From Candidatus Flemingiibacterium sp. (GTDB lineage: Bacteria > Bacillota > Clostridia > Oscillospirales > CAG-272), in NCBI GenBank assembly GCA_045634005.1, contig JAZQZL010000069.1, forward strand, positions 3,075-67,074: a stretch of 64,000 nucleotides of DNA. Direction: 5' to 3'. How positions within the stretch are numbered: position 1 is the first letter of the stretch; every line of letters begins with the position of its first letter. Of the stretch, positions 9,408 through 18,380 are shown one piece after another. Position numbers and translations under genes: made by a program. The notes under the pieces were generated by a model that searched no databases, had not been told where the DNA came from, and saw only the letters and a list, made by a program, of their open reading frames with translations.

Positions 9408-10430
9408 TTATCTCTGTACTCTGCCCGAGCCGTCCCCGCCCATAAGAGAGAGAATGTCGGCTGGCTTCGAGAGGTTGACGTCAAGCTCTATCGTCTGCTT
9501 AAGGCAGGATGCCGCCGCAGCGTATTCGATAGTCTTCTGTTCGTCAAAGCCGTTTATAATGCCGTAGATAAGACCTGCACCGAACGAGTCGCCGCCGCCT
9601 ACGCGGTCTACTATGTGGATGCGATATTCCTTCGAGAAATATGCCTTCCCGTCCTTGTAAAGAAGTGCGGACCAGTCGTTGTCGGATGCACTGATACTCT
9701 TGCGAAGCGTGATCGCAACGGCTCCGATGCCGTACTTTTTCGAGATTTTATCCGCAACCTCAATGTATCCCTCACGGCTGAGCTTACCCGAGATGATGTC
9801 CGTGTCAGATGCGTGTATGTCGAGCACGTCGGATGCATCCTCCTCGTTTGCGATAAGCACGTCAACGTATTGGAGCAGCTTTTCCATCGTCACTTTAGCC
9901 TCTGCACGCGACCAGAGATTCTTGCGGTAGTTTAGGTCACAGCTGACCGTAAGACCGAGCTTCTTTGCCATCTTACACGCCTCAAGGCATATCTCGGGGA
10001 GCGCTCCGCCAAGCGCCGGAGTAATGCCGGTGAAGTGGAAGTGCGCTGCATCCTTCATTATTTCATCCCAATTGTAGTCGTCGGGATTTGACTCGCAGAA
10101 CGCGGAATTCTTACGGTCGTAAACTATCTTCGACGGTCTTTGCGAAGCGCCCTTTTCGAGATAGAAAAGTCCGATTCGATCGCCGCCGTATGCGATATGA
10201 TCGGTTCCGACCGAGTACTTTTTAAGCGTTGCGAGCGCACACTCGGAGATAAGATTTTCCGGAAGCTTCGTTACAAACTGCGTCGGCACGCCCATATACG
10301 AAAGCGAGGTGCAAACGTTTGCCTCAGCGCCGGTATAGAACACCTCAAATCTGTTTGCCTGAATAAACTTTAAATACCCTTCGGGATTAAGGCGCATAAT
10401 ATAGTCGCCAAAGCCAATTACCTTTTTCAT
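9408..10430 (-). CDS. kdgK: 2-dehydro-3-deoxygluconokinase (PfkB family sugar kinase)
   Basis: PfkB fold motifs (GAEANV N-terminal, DRVGGGDSFGAGLIYG C-terminal), KdgK-like length, same operon as eda. Confidence 0.75.
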   Translation of the reverse strand: MKKVIGFGDYIMRLNPEGYLKFIQANRFEVFYTGAEANVCTSLSYMGVPTQFVTKLPENLISECALATLKKYSVGTDHIAYGGDRIGLFYLEKGASQRPSKIVYDRKNSAFCESNPDDYNWDEIMKDAAHFHFTGITPALGGALPEICLEACKMAKKLGLTVSCDLNYRKNLWSRAEAKVTMEKLLQYVDVLIANEEDASDVLDIHASDTDIISGKLSREGYIEVADKISKKYGIGAVAITLRKSISASDNDWSALLYKDGKAYFSKEYRIHIVDRVGGGDSFGAGLIYGIINGFDEQKTIEYAAAASCLKQTIELDVNLSKPADILSLMGGDGSGRVQR

Positions 10431-10444
10431 ATTAACCTCCGAAA

Positions 10445-11584
10445 TTACTGTTCTTCGCCCTCGAAGTAGTCCGCAAGATCGCCAAGGCGTGCGTAGTAGA
10501 GCGCGTCCTTGCCGCGAATACCGCTTTCACCGTGCGGCTTGTCGGGATAAAGCTCACTGTTTGACCAGATCATAAAGAGCTCGCCCTTGTAGTTGATGAC
10601 GTCGTAGTAAACGATACCGTACTTGTCAACGACGGTGAATATCTCCTCGTACTTCGAAACGTCCTCGCCCTCACCGAGCATAAGTCGTATGTTGTTTCTG
10701 TCGCGGCCCATTAAATTGGGCTTAAGTCCGAATGCGGAGTATGCCATAAGCACGCGGCCGTTGTACTCAAGCATCTGCGGACGGGTTTCAACAAGAGGAA
10801 CTCTCGTTGGCGTTTCACAGAACGTCTTACCAAGATCGTGCGACACGTAATAGTTGCAGTCCTGTGCAGCGCGAAGAAGCGCATACATCTCGCCCTTCAC
10901 TATCGCTATCTGGCACTCGTAGGAGGCGATTTTCGGGATAATGCCCTGGAACTCGTATGTAACGCCGTCGGTGCACCTCCAGATGATAGGCTGCGAGCAG
11001 CCCGAGGTGATGCAGCCGTAGTACGCGCCCTCATAGAAGCAGGGTTTTGCGACGTTGATAATGTTTTCGCGACAGTCGAAATCGAGATTGAAGCCGCTCA
11101 TACCGTTCTTCGTCAGATATTCTGCAACAGCTTCCTTCGTAAGATTAACGGGCTTGGAATCTGCATCGAATTTGCACTTTATCGGATTTATCCTCGACAT
11201 CTCATTCGTATCGGGATCGAAATCGAGATAGTAATACTCGCTCGCGTTTGCAAGGAAGTATATTCTCACCTTGCCGTCAAGGAAAACCGAGCTTGCATCA
11301 ACGGGATTTATATAGGTAACGCCGTCGATTACGTCGCCGCTGTCCATAAGAACGATATTCTCCGCCTTGTGCGGCTGCATTATCGGCATCTTCATGATCA
11401 TCATCGTGCTGAACTGCTCGCCATAGCTTCGTCTGCCCGCATGATACGGCGTATAAAGCATACCGCGCTCGCCGTCAAAGCAGCTTATCGGTGCGCTCGA
11501 CGAGGTGAGATTTGCGGTGTCGCTCACGCACACTCTGTGGTCGATTATAATATGCCGCCATTCCTCGTTTGTTCTCTTTGCCAT
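10445..11584 (-). CDS. Uncharacterised Asp-box (BNR) beta-propeller / sialidase-fold protein, paralogue A
   Basis: One Asp-box SHDLGKTF (SxDxGxT[WF]). Collinear similarity to the 13313-14413 product. No signal peptide. Sits between eda and kdgK with intergenic gaps of only 1 nt (to eda) and 14 nt (to kdgK). Confidence 0.5.
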   Translation of the reverse strand: MAKRTNEEWRHIIIDHRVCVSDTANLTSSSAPISCFDGERGMLYTPYHAGRRSYGEQFSTMMIMKMPIMQPHKAENIVLMDSGDVIDGVTYINPVDASSVFLDGKVRIYFLANASEYYYLDFDPDTNEMSRINPIKCKFDADSKPVNLTKEAVAEYLTKNGMSGFNLDFDCRENIINVAKPCFYEGAYYGCITSGCSQPIIWRCTDGVTYEFQGIIPKIASYECQIAIVKGEMYALLRAAQDCNYYVSHDLGKTFCETPTRVPLVETRPQMLEYNGRVLMAYSAFGLKPNLMGRDRNNIRLMLGEGEDVSKYEEIFTVVDKYGIVYYDVINYKGELFMIWSNSELYPDKPHGESGIRGKDALYYARLGDLADYFEGEEQ

Positions 11585-11585
11585 C

Positions 11586-12236
11586 TTATTTACCTGCCTT
11601 CTCGCATATCGAAATGCATTTTAATATGTTTTCTCTTACGGTTTTACTGTCACCGGACGTGAGTGCCGACTTCGGAGCCATAAAGCTTCCGCCGCACGCA
11701 AGCACGTTCTTCTGCGAAATATATTTTTCAAAATTATCCATAGTGATGCCGCCCGTCGGGATGAATACGTTGTCCGCAAGCGCGCCTGCGTAGAGCTTCA
11801 AAACGTCCGTGCCGCCCATTGCCTCTGCCGGGAAGAATTTGACCGTAGTTATACCAAGCTCCCCCGCCATAAACGCCTCAGTCGGAGTTGCAACACCCGG
11901 CAAAAAGAGCATTCCGCGCTCTTTCGCCTTCTTGATGAGCGCCGCGTCAAGCCAAGGCGAAACACAGAAATCCGCTCCGTTTTTGATCGCAGTATCAAGG
12001 CGCTCTTCATTTGTAACCGTGCCTGCGCCGACGATGATATCGGGATAATTCTCCTTCACCGCTTTGATTGCCTTCGGTGCGAAATCATTGCGAAGGGTGA
12101 TCTCAATGCACTTAAGCGGAGTTCCCGAGATAGCATCCATAAGGGTTTCAAGCTCGGTTTCATCGGCGATCGCCACCACGGGAATAACGCCGATATTCTT
12201 GAGTGCGCCGCCAAATTTTTCGTAAAACAGATCCAT
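11586..12236 (-). CDS. eda: KDPG / 4-hydroxy-2-oxoglutarate aldolase
   Basis: About 215-aa class I aldolase with typical IPVVAI, CIEITLRN, GAGTV and FFPAEA segments. Confidence 0.85.
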   Translation of the reverse strand: MDLFYEKFGGALKNIGVIPVVAIADETELETLMDAISGTPLKCIEITLRNDFAPKAIKAVKENYPDIIVGAGTVTNEERLDTAIKNGADFCVSPWLDAALIKKAKERGMLFLPGVATPTEAFMAGELGITTVKFFPAEAMGGTDVLKLYAGALADNVFIPTGGITMDNFEKYISQKNVLACGGSFMAPKSALTSGDSKTVRENILKCISICEKAGK

Positions 12237-12359
12237 AGCAAATCTCCTTGAATATTTATATCTCTAACTTAATCATACACGTCAATTTTTAAAATGTAAA
12301 TAGCAAAAATCGCTTGATTTTTAACTTAAATTGCTGTATAATAGCATTGAGGTGATATC

Positions 12360-13178
12360 GTGCTTCAGATCAACGAATACTTTTACCGCCTTGTCGGCAA
12401 GGACGACTTCGTGCAAAAGAACCATTCGCACAACGAGATTGAATTTATACAGGTCATAAGCGGCGACGGCACCGTTTTGAAAAACGACAAAACGTATCTT
12501 CTGCAAAGCCAGCATATTTACGTCATAGACGCGCGAAATGCGCACATCGTCTATCCACAGCCGGACGACTGCAGCGGCTACGTAAGGAACAAAATCGTAA
12601 TAAATGCAGATTCGTTCGAGCGCTTTTTTAGGGATCTCGGAATGGAAGCGGTGATAGAAACGCTTTTCGAGTCCTCACCTATCTCGACCGCACAAATACC
12701 AGAGATAGACGGTATATTCAAGAGAGTATCGGAGCTTTGCAGCAGCAAAAAGCCCGAGAACATCGGATTTGCTCACGGATACTTAACAGAGCTGATACAT
12801 CTTATTTATTCAAATGCAAGTACGGGTGTACGCGACGAAAAGAAGAACACCGTTCAGAAAATGCTCGACGTTATAAATCAAACCGAAGGCATTACGTCAC
12901 TTTCCGAAATAAGCGAAGCATTGCATATGGACAAGCACTATCTCTGCCGCACGTTCAAGCAGAAAACCGGCACCAACCTTTCGTCGTACCTTTCCGACAA
13001 GGTATTTGAAAAATGCTGTAAGCTGCTACAAAGCACGTCCTACTCGCTGGAGCAGGTATCAGCGCTGTGCGGTTTTTCCTCGTCGGCATCGCTCACGCGC
13101 TTTTTCAAAAGCAAGTGCGGCATAGCACCGTCCGCATACCGCAAGGAGCGCTCGTCGACGGTAAGGCTTTATTTTTAA
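12360..13178 (+). CDS. AraC family transcriptional regulator (cupin N-domain + HTH), GTG start
   Basis: The AraC C-terminal HTH pair is recognisable (EISEALHMDKHYLCRTFKQKTG, VSALCGFSSSASLTRFFKSKCG). Divergent from the eda operon. Confidence 0.85.
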   Translation: MLQINEYFYRLVGKDDFVQKNHSHNEIEFIQVISGDGTVLKNDKTYLLQSQHIYVIDARNAHIVYPQPDDCSGYVRNKIVINADSFERFFRDLGMEAVIETLFESSPISTAQIPEIDGIFKRVSELCSSKKPENIGFAHGYLTELIHLIYSNASTGVRDEKKNTVQKMLDVINQTEGITSLSEISEALHMDKHYLCRTFKQKTGTNLSSYLSDKVFEKCCKLLQSTSYSLEQVSALCGFSSSASLTRFFKSKCGIAPSAYRKERSSTVRLYF

Positions 13179-13247
13179 ATCGCGCACAGTAAAAAAGCCG
13201 CCGAAAGTTCCTGCTTGTCGTAATTTTTGCGGTTGCTCTCATACGCC

Positions 13248-13277
13248 TTGACAAAGCCGCGCTGCGCGTGATATAAT
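13248..13277 (+). promoter_or_regulatory. Sigma-A type promoter for paralogue B
   Basis: TTGACA (13248-13253), 18-bp spacer, TATAAT (13272-13277). Confidence 0.6.
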
Positions 13278-13312
13278 TGTATCAACAAAATAAAAAAAGG
13301 AGAATCCTTTAT

Positions 13313-14413
13313 ATGAACTACGGAATGGAAATGACCCAGATAAACGACGCTCTCACGCAAACTGCGGCTTGCGGAAGCGCGGCTGTCTACGATCAGCCAA
13401 ACGGACTTGTGTTCGTTTCGTATTTGACCGGCGTTAAGAAGCGCTACGGCGAATCCTGCGGCAAGCTTTGCCTGTCGGTATTCTCACCCTCGCAGCCTCA
13501 CAACGTACGTCACCGCGTGCTTGACACAGGTGTTGGCGCATCAAGAGGCCTTCTCTGCACCGCGATCTACCTCGTAGGCGACTCGAGAGTCCGCCTTATC
13601 TTCTCGACCACGCGTGGCGAGCTTGCAACCTACTACCGCGACTACGACTTCATCTCCGATACCGTTTCCGAGAGAAAAGAGGTATTCCTTCGCACCGAGA
13701 ACGGCGACGTTCGTCTTAACAAGCACACCTACGCCGAGTACCTCGCAGCGCACGGTCTGCCGCTCAAGGTTGCTTCGGATCCCATCATAAACAAGGTTAC
13801 AAGATACAACGGCAAGCTTTACACCGCCGTTTCCAACGACTACGAGGGCTATCCTACCCTTTGCACGATCGAGGACAACATTCTCGTTCCGTTCGCACAC
13901 TGCCCCGAGCTTATGACGTACGAGTTCCGCTACTATATGAGCGACGACGGAATCTTCGGTATGTACCGTTTCCCGCCGGATGACCACGGCACCGGTCACG
14001 CGGCATACACCGTATCGAAGGACGGCGGTAAGACCTGGAACACCACCATCTTCGAGGACGGCGTTCAGTCCCGCCCCGACATCACCGAGTACTACGGCAA
14101 GCCGCTTATCGTATATAACTACAAGAGCGACAAGTCGCGCGAGAACTTCCCGAAGATGCACAACTTCAGAAACTCGATAAAGATGGTATACGACGGAAAG
14201 GTCATCTTCGACTTCTTCTCGAAGTACGGCATCGTAGAGCACGAGCTCGTTAACGTCTACAACGACCTCTATATGGTATTCTCCAACTGTCCGCAGGCAC
14301 TCTCCACCGCAAACGGCGGCGCGTGGGTTGAAAACGGTCATCCCGTTGAGCAGGGCAAGGAGGCTATCCAGTGGGTTAAGCTCGGATATATGCTCGGTGA
14401 AGAAAACAACTGA
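13313..14413 (+). CDS. Uncharacterised Asp-box (BNR) beta-propeller / sialidase-fold protein, paralogue B
   Basis: Start refined to ATG 13313 (MNYGMEM, RBS AAAGGAG). Perfect Asp-box SKDGGKTW. Collinear with paralogue A (YGE, QPH, AEYL, TYEF, RP...EY.G, KYGIV, SN blocks). Confidence 0.5.
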   Translation: MNYGMEMTQINDALTQTAACGSAAVYDQPNGLVFVSYLTGVKKRYGESCGKLCLSVFSPSQPHNVRHRVLDTGVGASRGLLCTAIYLVGDSRVRLIFSTTRGELATYYRDYDFISDTVSERKEVFLRTENGDVRLNKHTYAEYLAAHGLPLKVASDPIINKVTRYNGKLYTAVSNDYEGYPTLCTIEDNILVPFAHCPELMTYEFRYYMSDDGIFGMYRFPPDDHGTGHAAYTVSKDGGKTWNTTIFEDGVQSRPDITEYYGKPLIVYNYKSDKSRENFPKMHNFRNSIKMVYDGKVIFDFFSKYGIVEHELVNVYNDLYMVFSNCPQALSTANGGAWVENGHPVEQGKEAIQWVKLGYMLGEENN

Positions 14414-14420
14414 ATAAAAA

Positions 14421-14455
14421 AGCGCTCATCGGTTTTCCGATGAGCGTCTTTTTGC
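14421..14455. terminator. Bidirectional terminator (paralogue B / malic enzyme)
   Basis: CGCTCATCGG-TTTT-CCGATGAGCG followed by TCTTTTT. Confidence 0.8.
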
Positions 14456-14460
14456 TTATT

Positions 14461-15633
14461 TTATTTTCTTGCAACGCCGGTTTTGCGCGCGGCATCTGCC
14501 ACCGCTTCGGCGACCGCCTTGCCAACGCGAAGGTCAAACGCACGGGGGATTACGTAATCGGGTGAGAGCTCCTCGTCCGACACAAGCGAAGCTATAGCAA
14601 GCGACGCGGCAAGCTGCATCTCGTCGTTGATCTGACTTGCGCAAACGTCAAGCGCACCTCTGAATATGCCCGGAAAGGCAAGTACGTTGTTTATCTGATT
14701 TTTGAAGTCCGAGCGTCCCGTTCCGACGATATAGGCGCCTGCCTCAAGCGCTTCGTCCGGGAATATCTCGGGAGTGGGATTTGCCATCGGGAAAACGATA
14801 GATTTGTCCGCCATAGACGCCACCATATCCTTCGATACAACACCCGGAGCGGATACTCCAACGAATACGTCAGCGCCGCGCATAGCGTCAGCGAGCGTAC
14901 CCGTGATCTTATTTTTATTCGTGATACGGCTCATCTTTTCGTGAGCGGGCGAAAGCCCCTCCATACCCTCGGCGATAATACCGAAGCGGTCGCAGAGAAT
15001 TACGTCGCCAACACCGAGTCGCAACAGATGATTTGCGATAGCCGTGCCCGCGCTGCCCGCGCCGTTGATAACACAGCGCATATCGGCAAGCGCCTTGCCT
15101 GCACATTTTGCGGCGTTGATAAGCGCCGAGCCTACGACGATAGCCGTACCGTGCTGGTCGTCGTGGAAAACGGGAACGTCGCATATCGCCTTTAATTTTT
15201 CCTCTATCTCAAAGCAACGCGGTGCGGAGATATCCTCGAGATTTATACCGCCAAAGCTGCCCGAAATGAGGTACACCGTGCGAACGATCTCGTCAACGTC
15301 CTTGGAGCGAACGCATATCGGGAACGCATCAACGTCAGCGAAGGTCTTGAAAAGCGCGCATTTGCCCTCCATTACGGGCATTCCTGCCTCGGGGCCTATA
15401 TCGCCAAGTCCGAGCACCGCCGTACCGTCGGTTATAACCGCTACGATATTGTGGCGGCGCGTAAGCTCGTACGACTTACTTACGTCCTTCTGTATCTCAA
15501 GGCAAGGCTCTGCAACTCCGGGAGTGTACGCCACCGACAGCTCCTCGGCGTTTGTGATCGGCACTCTTGATACTACCTCAATTTTTCCCTTCCACTCGCG
15601 GTGAGCGGCAACTGCTAACGCTTTCTTATCCAT
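14461..15633 (-). CDS. NAD(P)-dependent malic enzyme (malate dehydrogenase, oxaloacetate-decarboxylating)
   Basis: Start refined to ATG 15631-15633 (MDKKALAV, RBS GGAGGA). YTPGVA, FHDDQHGTA and GAGSAG motifs of short bacterial malic enzymes. Confidence 0.9.
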   Translation of the reverse strand: MDKKALAVAAHREWKGKIEVVSRVPITNAEELSVAYTPGVAEPCLEIQKDVSKSYELTRRHNIVAVITDGTAVLGLGDIGPEAGMPVMEGKCALFKTFADVDAFPICVRSKDVDEIVRTVYLISGSFGGINLEDISAPRCFEIEEKLKAICDVPVFHDDQHGTAIVVGSALINAAKCAGKALADMRCVINGAGSAGTAIANHLLRLGVGDVILCDRFGIIAEGMEGLSPAHEKMSRITNKNKITGTLADAMRGADVFVGVSAPGVVSKDMVASMADKSIVFPMANPTPEIFPDEALEAGAYIVGTGRSDFKNQINNVLAFPGIFRGALDVCASQINDEMQLAASLAIASLVSDEELSPDYVIPRAFDLRVGKAVAEAVADAARKTGVARK

Positions 15634-15704
15634 TGTTTTCCTCCAAGCGTGAATTTTCAATATTAAGTATAGCACACCAAAGAAAAAAAGTAAATAGAAA
15701 TAAT

Positions 15705-15737
15705 AAAAAAGAACAGAGAGTTTGAAGCTCTCTGTTC
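15705..15737 (-). terminator. Terminator after the amidohydrolase gene
   Basis: GAACAGAGAG-N7-CTCTCTGTTC with a T-run on the minus strand. Confidence 0.75.
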
Positions 15738-15759
15738 TTTGCTGTAAAATAACCGCAGC

Positions 15760-16656
15760 TTACTTGATATCAAGTAGCTTCTCCGCATTTTCGCGAGCGA
15801 TTTTCTTAAAGGTAGTTTCGCTGATCTTACCCTGCTCCTTCCAGGAGATGAGCAGCGGACCGAGCGGATCCTGGAAGCCCTTACCGATAATGTCGGTGCC
15901 GTAGTAGAGTCTGTCCTCAAACTCGGAGAGGAATCTCGGGCCGTAGTTCTCGTCGCGCGCGATCGCGTTGAACGCGGTCGGGTCGGAAAGGTCGCCGTGG
16001 AGATTCGGGTACAGGCGCAGAAGCTTCGGCACTACGCCCTCCTCGTCGATAGGGCCGTCCGGCATCTTGCAGACCTGCTTGTAGTTGACCATATAGAACG
16101 CTCTCGAAGCAACTCGCTCAAGTCTGCCTATCTCGCTCCAGAATACAGGACCGTGTCCGAAGATCTGAAGATTCGGATAAGCGAGAAGCGTCCACTCAAG
16201 GAACGGAAGTCCTGCTTCGTCGTAAAGACCGAAGTCGCCGCCAATCTGTGCGGAGCCGTCGTAAACGAGCGGCAGACCGACCTTTTCGGTGCACTTGAAG
16301 AGATTCTGCACGAGCGGATCCATCATAGAAAGATTCGGCATTACCTCGCCGACGCCCTTACAGCCTGCATCCTTGTACGCCTGAAGCACATTGTCAAGCT
16401 TTGCATCGGGCGAGTTGGAAATGCAGCGAGGGTCAACGTTACAGTACGGGATAAAACGGTCGGGATGGTTTTCTGCAATCTCGATGATGTCGTCAACCGA
16501 CTGCGGCAGATAGATCTCCGCGTTTACCATCGGCAGAAGAACGCCCATATCGATCTTGCATCTGTCATAAACCTCAATAAGCTCGTCAGGTGTAGGAAGC
16601 TTAATAAAAGCCTTGGGCTTAATGCGCGCAACGTGCGCGTGAATATCTATAAACAT
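15760..16656 (-). CDS. Amidohydrolase-2 (PF04909-like) family metal-dependent hydrolase (lactonase/decarboxylase type)
   Basis: N-terminal MFIDIHAHV metal motif, about 300 aa, TIM-barrel hydrolase pattern. Confidence 0.7.
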   Translation of the reverse strand: MFIDIHAHVARIKPKAFIKLPTPDELIEVYDRCKIDMGVLLPMVNAEIYLPQSVDDIIEIAENHPDRFIPYCNVDPRCISNSPDAKLDNVLQAYKDAGCKGVGEVMPNLSMMDPLVQNLFKCTEKVGLPLVYDGSAQIGGDFGLYDEAGLPFLEWTLLAYPNLQIFGHGPVFWSEIGRLERVASRAFYMVNYKQVCKMPDGPIDEEGVVPKLLRLYPNLHGDLSDPTAFNAIARDENYGPRFLSEFEDRLYYGTDIIGKGFQDPLGPLLISWKEQGKISETTFKKIARENAEKLLDIK

Positions 16657-16677
16657 ATTTTACACCTCTGTGGTTTA

Positions 16678-16733
16678 TAAAAACAAAACGCATCACCGCT
16701 CGGACGGTGTTACCCGTCCGAGTGGCCGATGCG
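16678..16733 (-). terminator. Strong hairpin plus T-run between the ASRT-like gene and the amidohydrolase gene (terminator or attenuator)
   Basis: Minus strand reads CGCATCGGCCACTCGGACGG-GTAACA-CCGTCCGAGCGGTGATGCG followed by TTTTGTTTTT. Only about 30 nt remain before the next start codon. Confidence 0.65.
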
Positions 16734-16741
16734 TACGTTAA

Positions 16742-17122
16742 TTATTCGGCGTAGCCGAGGGTGGTGTAGTAAGCAAGGTTGGTCTGACGGTTGTCAAGTC
16801 TGCCGTACTGTACTACGATGTTACCCGTAGATGCGAGCTTCATAGCATACTGCTCCTCGAGCGGTATGTCAACGCCGCACATATCGTTAAGGTTGTTCAT
16901 TCTGAAGCAGCGTACACGCTTTGCGCCAACATTCCACTTAATGGTGTTGCATACGTCCTTATCGGGGAAGTAAAGCGTTACGTCGATGGTTACGTCAAAA
17001 TCGTTATCGTTAACTACGATAACAGACTCGTGACCCTTAAGCTCACCTTCGCCGGGAGGCGGAAGCTCGCAGTCGGGAATGAGCCAGTTCATCTTTCCAA
17101 TTCCATTAGAAGTCAAGCTCAA
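16742..17122 (-). CDS. Sensory-rhodopsin-transducer (ASRT, PF07100-like) family protein, copy 1
   Basis: 126 aa. Collinear with Anabaena ASRT as I recall it (GHESV..N....D..I.V.LYF.DK..., R.R..N.LND, VVQ..RLD.RQ). Overlaps the upstream M24 gene by 17 nt. Confidence 0.7.
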   Translation of the reverse strand: MSLTSNGIGKMNWLIPDCELPPPGEGELKGHESVIVVNDNDFDVTIDVTLYFPDKDVCNTIKWNVGAKRVRCFRMNNLNDMCGVDIPLEEQYAMKLASTGNIVVQYGRLDNRQTNLAYYTTLGYAE

Positions 17123-18278
17123 TCAGTCCCTTCTTAAGATAATCGGTGTAGCTGTCTACGCCATTCTTGGTGATTGCGCAGCCCTTTTCCCAACGGCAGC
17201 CGAAGGTGTCGCCGGAGATGAAGGTGTCGATCTGGAAGGTCATGTTTTCCTTAAGCGGATACTCGGAGCTGGTCTCCATCCAAGGAGCCTCAACCTCGAT
17301 CATACCGGTACCGTGGCAGGGACCGTATACGAATCTTTCCTTCATACCGTTGTCAACGAAGAGCTTGTAGAAGCCCTTAGCAACGTCACTTGCCATTACG
17401 CCAGCCTTGAGCTGAGCCTCGGTCCACTCGTGAGCCTTAAGGCAGAACTCAACGATCTCGCGGCGCTCGCCCTCGAGCTTGCCCATAACAACGGGAAGAC
17501 CGATGGAGGGAGAATAACCGTCGATCTTTGCAGAGAGGTTAAGCTGAACGATATCGCCCTTACCGATTACGCGGTAGCCGGAACGGGAGATAGCGTGACG
17601 GGTGGAAGCCTCGGAGAATACGTACATAGGAAGACCCTCGTACTCTGCGCCCTCCTCGTAGATAACCTGCTGAGCAACACCAACCATTGCAAGCTCGGTA
17701 ACACCGGGCTTAAGGCGGCGGATAACCTCATCGGTAGCCTTCTCGATAATGCGGAAGCCTTCCTTCATGCAGGCAATCTCGTTTGCGGACTTGATGGAGC
17801 GAAGAGCAACCATGATGTCAGCGCAGGTGGAGATTTCAGCCTCAGGATAGCTTTCCTTAAGACCGTCGAGAATCGGGAGAGTGCACTCAACGTAGCTTCC
17901 GAGACCGATCTTGATCTTGTCGCCGGTTACGCCGAGGTTCTTGAATACATCGCGGAAGGTAGAAGCCTGAAGCTCAGGATAAGAGGGGTCTGCAGACTCT
18001 CTGAACTCGCGAAGAACGAAAATCTTGTCGAGCTTGTTTCTGTCAGCACCGAAAACAGCGGACTCGGGACCAACGAGAAGTGCAGCATCGCCGTTTGCGG
18101 AAATTGCTACGCCTGCTCTTTCGAAAAGGGGCCAGAAGCCGGAGAAGTAACGAGCGTTAGCGTAGTCGGACTCGGTGCTCACTACGAGCATTACGTCAAG
18201 ACCGCGGTCAGCTACCATCTTGGCAGCCTTCGCTACTCTCTCTCTGTATTCGTTGTCTGGGATACAAATTCTTGCCAT
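17106..18278 (-). CDS. M24 family metallohydrolase (creatinase/Xaa-Pro dipeptidase-like), copy 1
   Basis: Creatinase_N-like N-domain plus pita-bread domain (GDIVQLNLSAKIDGYSPSIG, GPCHGTG, EAPW). Paralogue of the 34030-35217 product. Confidence 0.8.
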   Translation of the reverse strand: MARICIPDNEYRERVAKAAKMVADRGLDVMLVVSTESDYANARYFSGFWPLFERAGVAISANGDAALLVGPESAVFGADRNKLDKIFVLREFRESADPSYPELQASTFRDVFKNLGVTGDKIKIGLGSYVECTLPILDGLKESYPEAEISTCADIMVALRSIKSANEIACMKEGFRIIEKATDEVIRRLKPGVTELAMVGVAQQVIYEEGAEYEGLPMYVFSEASTRHAISRSGYRVIGKGDIVQLNLSAKIDGYSPSIGLPVVMGKLEGERREIVEFCLKAHEWTEAQLKAGVMASDVAKGFYKLFVDNGMKERFVYGPCHGTGMIEVEAPWMETSSEYPLKENMTFQIDTFISGDTFGCRWEKGCAITKNGVDSYTDYLKKGLIELDF

Positions 18279-18314
18279 GGTAAAATACCTCCATAAATTT
18301 TATTTTTCGTACAT

Positions 18315-18343
18315 ATTGTACCATAAAACATATTATTTGTCTT
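18315..18343 (-). promoter_or_regulatory. Promoter of the M24/ASRT operon
   Basis: Minus strand: AAGACA, 17 bp, TGgTACAAT (extended -10). The -35 element abuts the tandem repeats. Confidence 0.5.
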
Positions 18344-18380
18344 TGCACTATCGTCAATTGTTTTTGCACAATCGTAAATT
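18339..18380 (-). repeat. Tandem 21-bp direct repeat (candidate activator site)
   Basis: GTCTTTGCACTATCGTCAATT / GTTTTTGCACAATCGTAAATT (18/21 identical). A third inverted TTTTGCACTAAT lies at 18401-18412. Confidence 0.6.

Noticed and set aside
13541-14341. Long antisense ORFs in the track opposite well-supported genes. Examples: 13541-14341 (-), 17079-18296 (+), 20230-21360 (+), 29565-30683 (+), 38555-39745 (-), 42195-42956 (+), 59388-60305 (+).
   Set aside because: Their translations are low-complexity and rich in R/V/L/A, with no recognisable motifs. Each lies fully within a gene on the other strand that carries clear family signatures. These are typical shadow ORFs of a GC-rich coding strand.
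16742-17122. Interpreting the two ASRT homologues (also 36271-36651) as part of a photosensory system.
   Set aside because: No rhodopsin or retinal-biosynthesis genes lie in the window, and the organism looks like an anaerobic spore-former. The operon partners are hydrolases.
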